The notes under the pieces were generated by a model that saw only the letters and a list, made by a program, of their open reading frames with translations, searched no databases and had not been told where the DNA came from. Position numbers and translations under genes: made by a program. This document shows positions 60,569-64,000 of a DNA stretch of 64,000 nt, one piece after another. Position 1 is the first letter of the stretch; each line of letters opens with the position of its first letter. The stretch is from Lachnospiraceae bacterium (GTDB taxonomy: Bacteria; Bacillota; Clostridia; Lachnospirales; Lachnospiraceae). Where the stretch lies: NCBI GenBank assembly GCA_963605745.1, contig CAVCWT010000012.1:608-64607 (forward strand). The letters run 5' to 3'.

Positions 60569-61660
60569 ATGGACAAATGGAAGAGCTTTCTCAAAAGGAA
60601 AAACATTATTTTTTCAATGAAACGGTACGGAATTGATGCCCTGGGTGCCATGGCACAGGGGCTGTTCTGCACACTGCTCATCGGTACCATTCTCAATACA
60701 CTGGGGACGCAGTTTCACATCGGATTTCTCACGGCTTCCATCGCGGTTGTAAATGGTTCTGCGCTCACCATCGGCGACTTTGCCTCAGCAATGGTCGGTC
60801 CTGCGATGGCAGCTGCCATAGGTTTCGCTCTTATGGCACCGCCCCTGGTTCTCTTTTCTCTGATTCCGGTTGGCTATGCTACAAATGTTCTGGGCGGTGC
60901 CGGCGGACCGCTGGCTGTTCTGGTAGTTGCCATTGTCGCTGCCGAATTCGGCAAGGCCGTTTCCAAAGAGACCAGAATCGATATTCTGGTGACGCCGATT
61001 GTAACCATTCTGATCGGCATCGGCCTGGCTTCCTTTGTCGCCGCTCCCATCGGTGCTGCTGCATCCGCCCTTGGTTCTCTTGTGATGTGGGCAACAGAGC
61101 TGCAGCCTTTCCTGATGGGAATCATTGTATCCGTCGTCGTTGGTGTGGCACTGACACTCCCCATCTCCTCTGCTGCAATCTGTGCAGCCCTTTCTCTGAC
61201 CGGCCTTGCAGGCGGTGCTGCCGTCGCCGGCTGTTGTGCTCAGATGGTTGGTTTTGCTGTCATGTCCTATAAAGAAAACGGTGTCGGCGGTTTGATCAGC
61301 CAGGGCATCGGGACCTCCATGCTGCAGATGCCGAACATCATTAAAAATCCCAGGATCTGGATTGCTCCAACCCTTGCCTCCGCTGTTACAGGTCCTATTG
61401 CCACTTGCATCTTCAAAATGACCATGGACGGGACCCCTGTCTCTTCCGGCATGGGAACCTGCGGCTTTGTCGGACAGATTGGCGTATATACCGGCTGGCT
61501 AAATGACATTGCAGCAGGTACCAAAGCCTCCATCACAGGATTTGATATTACAGGCCTTGTTCTGATATGCTTTATTCTGCCCGCCGTCCTTTCCTGCCTT
61601 TTCTGCTCCATCGAAAGAAATCTTGGATGGATTCAGGACGGAGATCTGAAACTGGAATAG
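60569..61660 (+). CDS. PTS-IIC-like/PfoR-family membrane protein; candidate niacin transporter
   Basis: ALGAMAQGLF.TLLIG, SKETRIDILVTP, TLPISSAA, GIGTSMLQ and SGMGTCG motifs; ~10 TM; directly upstream of niaR. Confidence 0.8.
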   Translation: MDKWKSFLKRKNIIFSMKRYGIDALGAMAQGLFCTLLIGTILNTLGTQFHIGFLTASIAVVNGSALTIGDFASAMVGPAMAAAIGFALMAPPLVLFSLIPVGYATNVLGGAGGPLAVLVVAIVAAEFGKAVSKETRIDILVTPIVTILIGIGLASFVAAPIGAAASALGSLVMWATELQPFLMGIIVSVVVGVALTLPISSAAICAALSLTGLAGGAAVAGCCAQMVGFAVMSYKENGVGGLISQGIGTSMLQMPNIIKNPRIWIAPTLASAVTGPIATCIFKMTMDGTPVSSGMGTCGFVGQIGVYTGWLNDIAAGTKASITGFDITGLVLICFILPAVLSCLFCSIERNLGWIQDGDLKLE

Positions 61661-61755
61661 TCATACTCGCAGCAGACTCCTTCTGACTGCAGGCAGATGA
61701 TTGGATCGATGATGAAAAGGTTAATGTACAGCTACAAGAACTAAGGAGAGATAAA

Positions 61756-62274
61756 ATGGATGCAGCCGCCAGAAGACAACGAATACTGGAGACCTTAGAG
61801 TCCTCCTCCGGGCCGGTCAGTGCGGCCTCTCTTGCAGGAGATCTCGGCGTCAGCCGGCAGATTATTGTCGGCGATGTCGCCCTCATCCGAGCCGGAGGCA
61901 CCCCCATTGATGCCACTCCGCGCGGCTATATTCTGCAGCCTGCTGTCACTTTGCCGCAAGGACTCCGCAGCCAGATTGTATGTCAGCATTCTGATGCCGA
62001 TACAGAGCATGAACTCAACATTATTGTAGACAACGGCTGCAAAGTCGTTGATGTAATTGTAGAACACCCTGTTTATGGTCAGCTGACAGGACAACTCAAC
62101 ATTGCCAGCCGGTATGATGTGAAATGCTTTCTGCAGAAGGTTGCAGACGCCGGTGCTCATTCCCTCTGTCAGCTAACCGACGGCATCCATACACACACCA
62201 TCGAAGTCCCTGATCAGGACGCACTGGATCGAACACTGACAGAACTCAAGAGATCAGGGATTCTGTACCAGTAA
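61756..62274 (+). CDS. niaR: niacin-responsive repressor NiaR (HTH_11 + 3H domain)
   Basis: VSRQIIVGD HTH, ATPRGY, CQH, VEHPVYG and GIHTH motifs. Confidence 0.92.
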   Translation: MDAAARRQRILETLESSSGPVSAASLAGDLGVSRQIIVGDVALIRAGGTPIDATPRGYILQPAVTLPQGLRSQIVCQHSDADTEHELNIIVDNGCKVVDVIVEHPVYGQLTGQLNIASRYDVKCFLQKVADAGAHSLCQLTDGIHTHTIEVPDQDALDRTLTELKRSGILYQ

Positions 62275-62291
62275 TCCCTGCTTCCTTGCCG

Positions 62292-62327
62292 TACTAGTAC
62301 AGCGTTTGCAAAATAACTGTACTAGTA
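62292..62327. repeat. short palindromic REP-like repeat between convergent niaR and recX
   Basis: tactagtacag-cgtttgcaaaataa-ctgtactagta. Confidence 0.7.
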
Positions 62328-62376
62328 TGTGTGCTGTTGCTACTCGAAATTTCGGCAGATTAATCCGTCCGGTTCC

Positions 62377-63012
62377 TTAAAAATCACTGTCTTGTTCCCA
62401 CGAACGAATAACCTCCCGGATCAGTTCCGCAGAATATCCCTTTCTCATAAGGGATGCCATTATTTTCTGGCGTTCCTTCTGCTCAGTTCCCTGCGGATCG
62501 TATCCTTTTTTGCGGAGCAGCTGCTGAATCTGTTCTCGTTCCTTTTGCCCTAGCAAATCACCGTTTTGTTCTTCCCAGTTTTCAAACGTCTCCTGAATCA
62601 GCTCCTCCGGCACACCTTTTGCCTTGAGGTCCATCCGAATCCGAAGGCTGCTCTTTCCTTCCGCCCGGGACCTTAGGTAGCTCTCAGCATACCTCCTGTC
62701 GTCAACGTAGTGAGCCTCCTTCATTGCCTCCACCGCTGAAGTTGCTGTTTCCTCCGGAAAGCCCTTCTGGATCAGCTTGTCCTTCAGACCTTTTTCGGTA
62801 TAATCCATTCCCTTCAGCAGCTCGCCACATTTGCAGATTGCCTGGCGATACAGATTCTGCAATAGTTCCCGATAATCCTCATCGGCCAATTCCACATCTG
62901 CTGCAATCCCATATTGCAGCAGCTCCCGATTTGACAAAACCAGAGTCCGATCGTAATCGATCTGAACTCTGGTTCTTGTTTTGCCAACGGGAGTAAGCTC
63001 TGTGATCAGCAT
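62377..63012 (-). CDS. recX: regulatory protein RecX
   Basis: TEKGLKDKL, YVDDRRYAESY, LKAKGV and LMRKGY motifs; downstream of recA. Confidence 0.92.
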   Translation of the reverse strand: MLITELTPVGKTRTRVQIDYDRTLVLSNRELLQYGIAADVELADEDYRELLQNLYRQAICKCGELLKGMDYTEKGLKDKLIQKGFPEETATSAVEAMKEAHYVDDRRYAESYLRSRAEGKSSLRIRMDLKAKGVPEELIQETFENWEEQNGDLLGQKEREQIQQLLRKKGYDPQGTEQKERQKIMASLMRKGYSAELIREVIRSWEQDSDF

Positions 63013-63038
63013 ACTCACCTCAATTCCATGAGACCTGT

Positions 63039-64000
63039 TTATTCAGCCTTTTCTGCCTTTTCAGCCTTTGCTCCCTTGCCGGACTTTCCGGTCTCCGGAG
63101 CCTGCTCTTCTGCTGCTGCCGGCTTTCTGGCACCCTCTGGATCCAGTCCGTAATGCTCGCGAACCTTCTGATCAATTTCGAGAAGGACATCCGGATGCTC
63201 TTCCAGATACTTTTTCGCATTCTCGCGGCCCTGTCCGATCTTGTCACTGCCGTAGTTGTACCACGCACCGCTCTTTACAACGATATCGCTGCTCGCTGCC
63301 AGATCCAGCACATCACCGGTGTAGGAAATGCCTTTGCCGAACATGATATCAAACTCCGCTTCCTTGAAGGGCGGCGCAATCTTGTTCTTGACAACCTTCA
63401 CGCGAGTCCGGTTGCCGATCACCTCTCCGCTCTGTTTGATTGCCTCTATTCTGCGAACATCCAGACGAATCGAGGAATAGAACTTCAATGCGCGGCCACC
63501 GGTCGTTGTCTCCGGATTGCCGAACATCACGCCAACCTTCTCACGCAGCTGGTTGATAAAGACCACCGTGCAATTCGATTTTGAAATGACAGCGGTCAAC
63601 TTGCGAAGAGCCTGGCTCATTAGTCTCGCCTGCAGACCCACATGGGAATCTCCCATGTCGCCGTCGATCTCCGCCTTGGGAACCAGCGCAGCTACCGAGT
63701 CCACAACCACAATATCAATGGCTCCGGAACGAACCATGGTCTCAGCGATCTCCAGTCCCTGCTCGCCGGAATCCGGCTGCGAAATATACAGGTTGTCAAT
63801 ATCTACGCCGATATTGCGGGCATAGACAGGATCCAGTGCGTGCTCTGCATCGATAAATCCGGCAATGCCGCCTCTGCGCTGCACCTCTGCAATCATATGC
63901 AGCGTCAGTGTTGTCTTACCGGAAGATTCCGGTCCGTAAACCTCAATCACACGTCCCTTCGGAATACCGCCCAGTCCCAGTGCAATATCCAGTGCCAGTG
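63039..64000 (-). CDS. recA: recombinase RecA (5' end beyond the window)
   Basis: [30 protein letters not shown] and KNKIAPPF motifs. Confidence 0.98.
   Translation of the reverse strand, partial: LALDIALGLGGIPKGRVIEVYGPESSGKTTLTLHMIAEVQRRGGIAGFIDAEHALDPVYARNIGVDIDNLYISQPDSGEQGLEIAETMVRSGAIDIVVVDSVAALVPKAEIDGDMGDSHVGLQARLMSQALRKLTAVISKSNCTVVFINQLREKVGVMFGNPETTTGGRALKFYSSIRLDVRRIEAIKQSGEVIGNRTRVKVVKNKIAPPFKEAEFDIMFGKGISYTGDVLDLAASSDIVVKSGAWYNYGSDKIGQGRENAKKYLEEHPDVLLEIDQKVREHYGLDPEGARKPAAAEEQAPETGKSGKGAKAEKAEKAE

Noticed and set aside
1..64000. Prophage, integrase, transposase, rRNA or tRNA genes
   Set aside because: None recognised; nearly all coding space is explained by the listed genes.

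Overview
64-kb chromosomal window from a Clostridia-type Firmicute; gene order and protein sequences look Lachnospiraceae-like (inference). Almost all genes are on the minus strand. From left to right: a partial AraC regulator with two ABC half-transporters; clpB, a DUF308-like membrane gene, engB, clpX, clpP and tig; an alpha-galactoside uptake cluster (GH36, YesL-like protein, ABC system, divergent AraC); a ~25-kb exopolysaccharide/capsule locus (21.0-45.9 kb); a housekeeping block (thiN, GtrA/B-like genes, cinA, pgsA, rimO, rpoZ, gmk, yicC, rqcH, MurJ-like flippase, glgA, rny); a NiaR-type operon; recX and a partial recA. Two things stand out. (1) The EPS locus contains a translationally coupled MotA/ZorA-type and MotB/ZorB-type pair. 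The A subunit is fused to a partly degenerate EAL (c-di-GMP) domain, and the B subunit carries four SpaA/CnaB pilin-like domains and a second membrane anchor instead of an OmpA-like peptidoglycan-binding domain. An apparently dead class-B sortase and a pseudokinase-like Wzc lie nearby. This is a candidate ion-driven surface-sensing or EPS-control system. (2) A dispersed ~156-bp element with 15-bp terminal inverted repeats and three hairpins shows compensatory base changes between copies, and it is amplified as a 157-bp tandem array directly upstream of that pair. All functional calls come from reading motifs by eye; no database searches were run.
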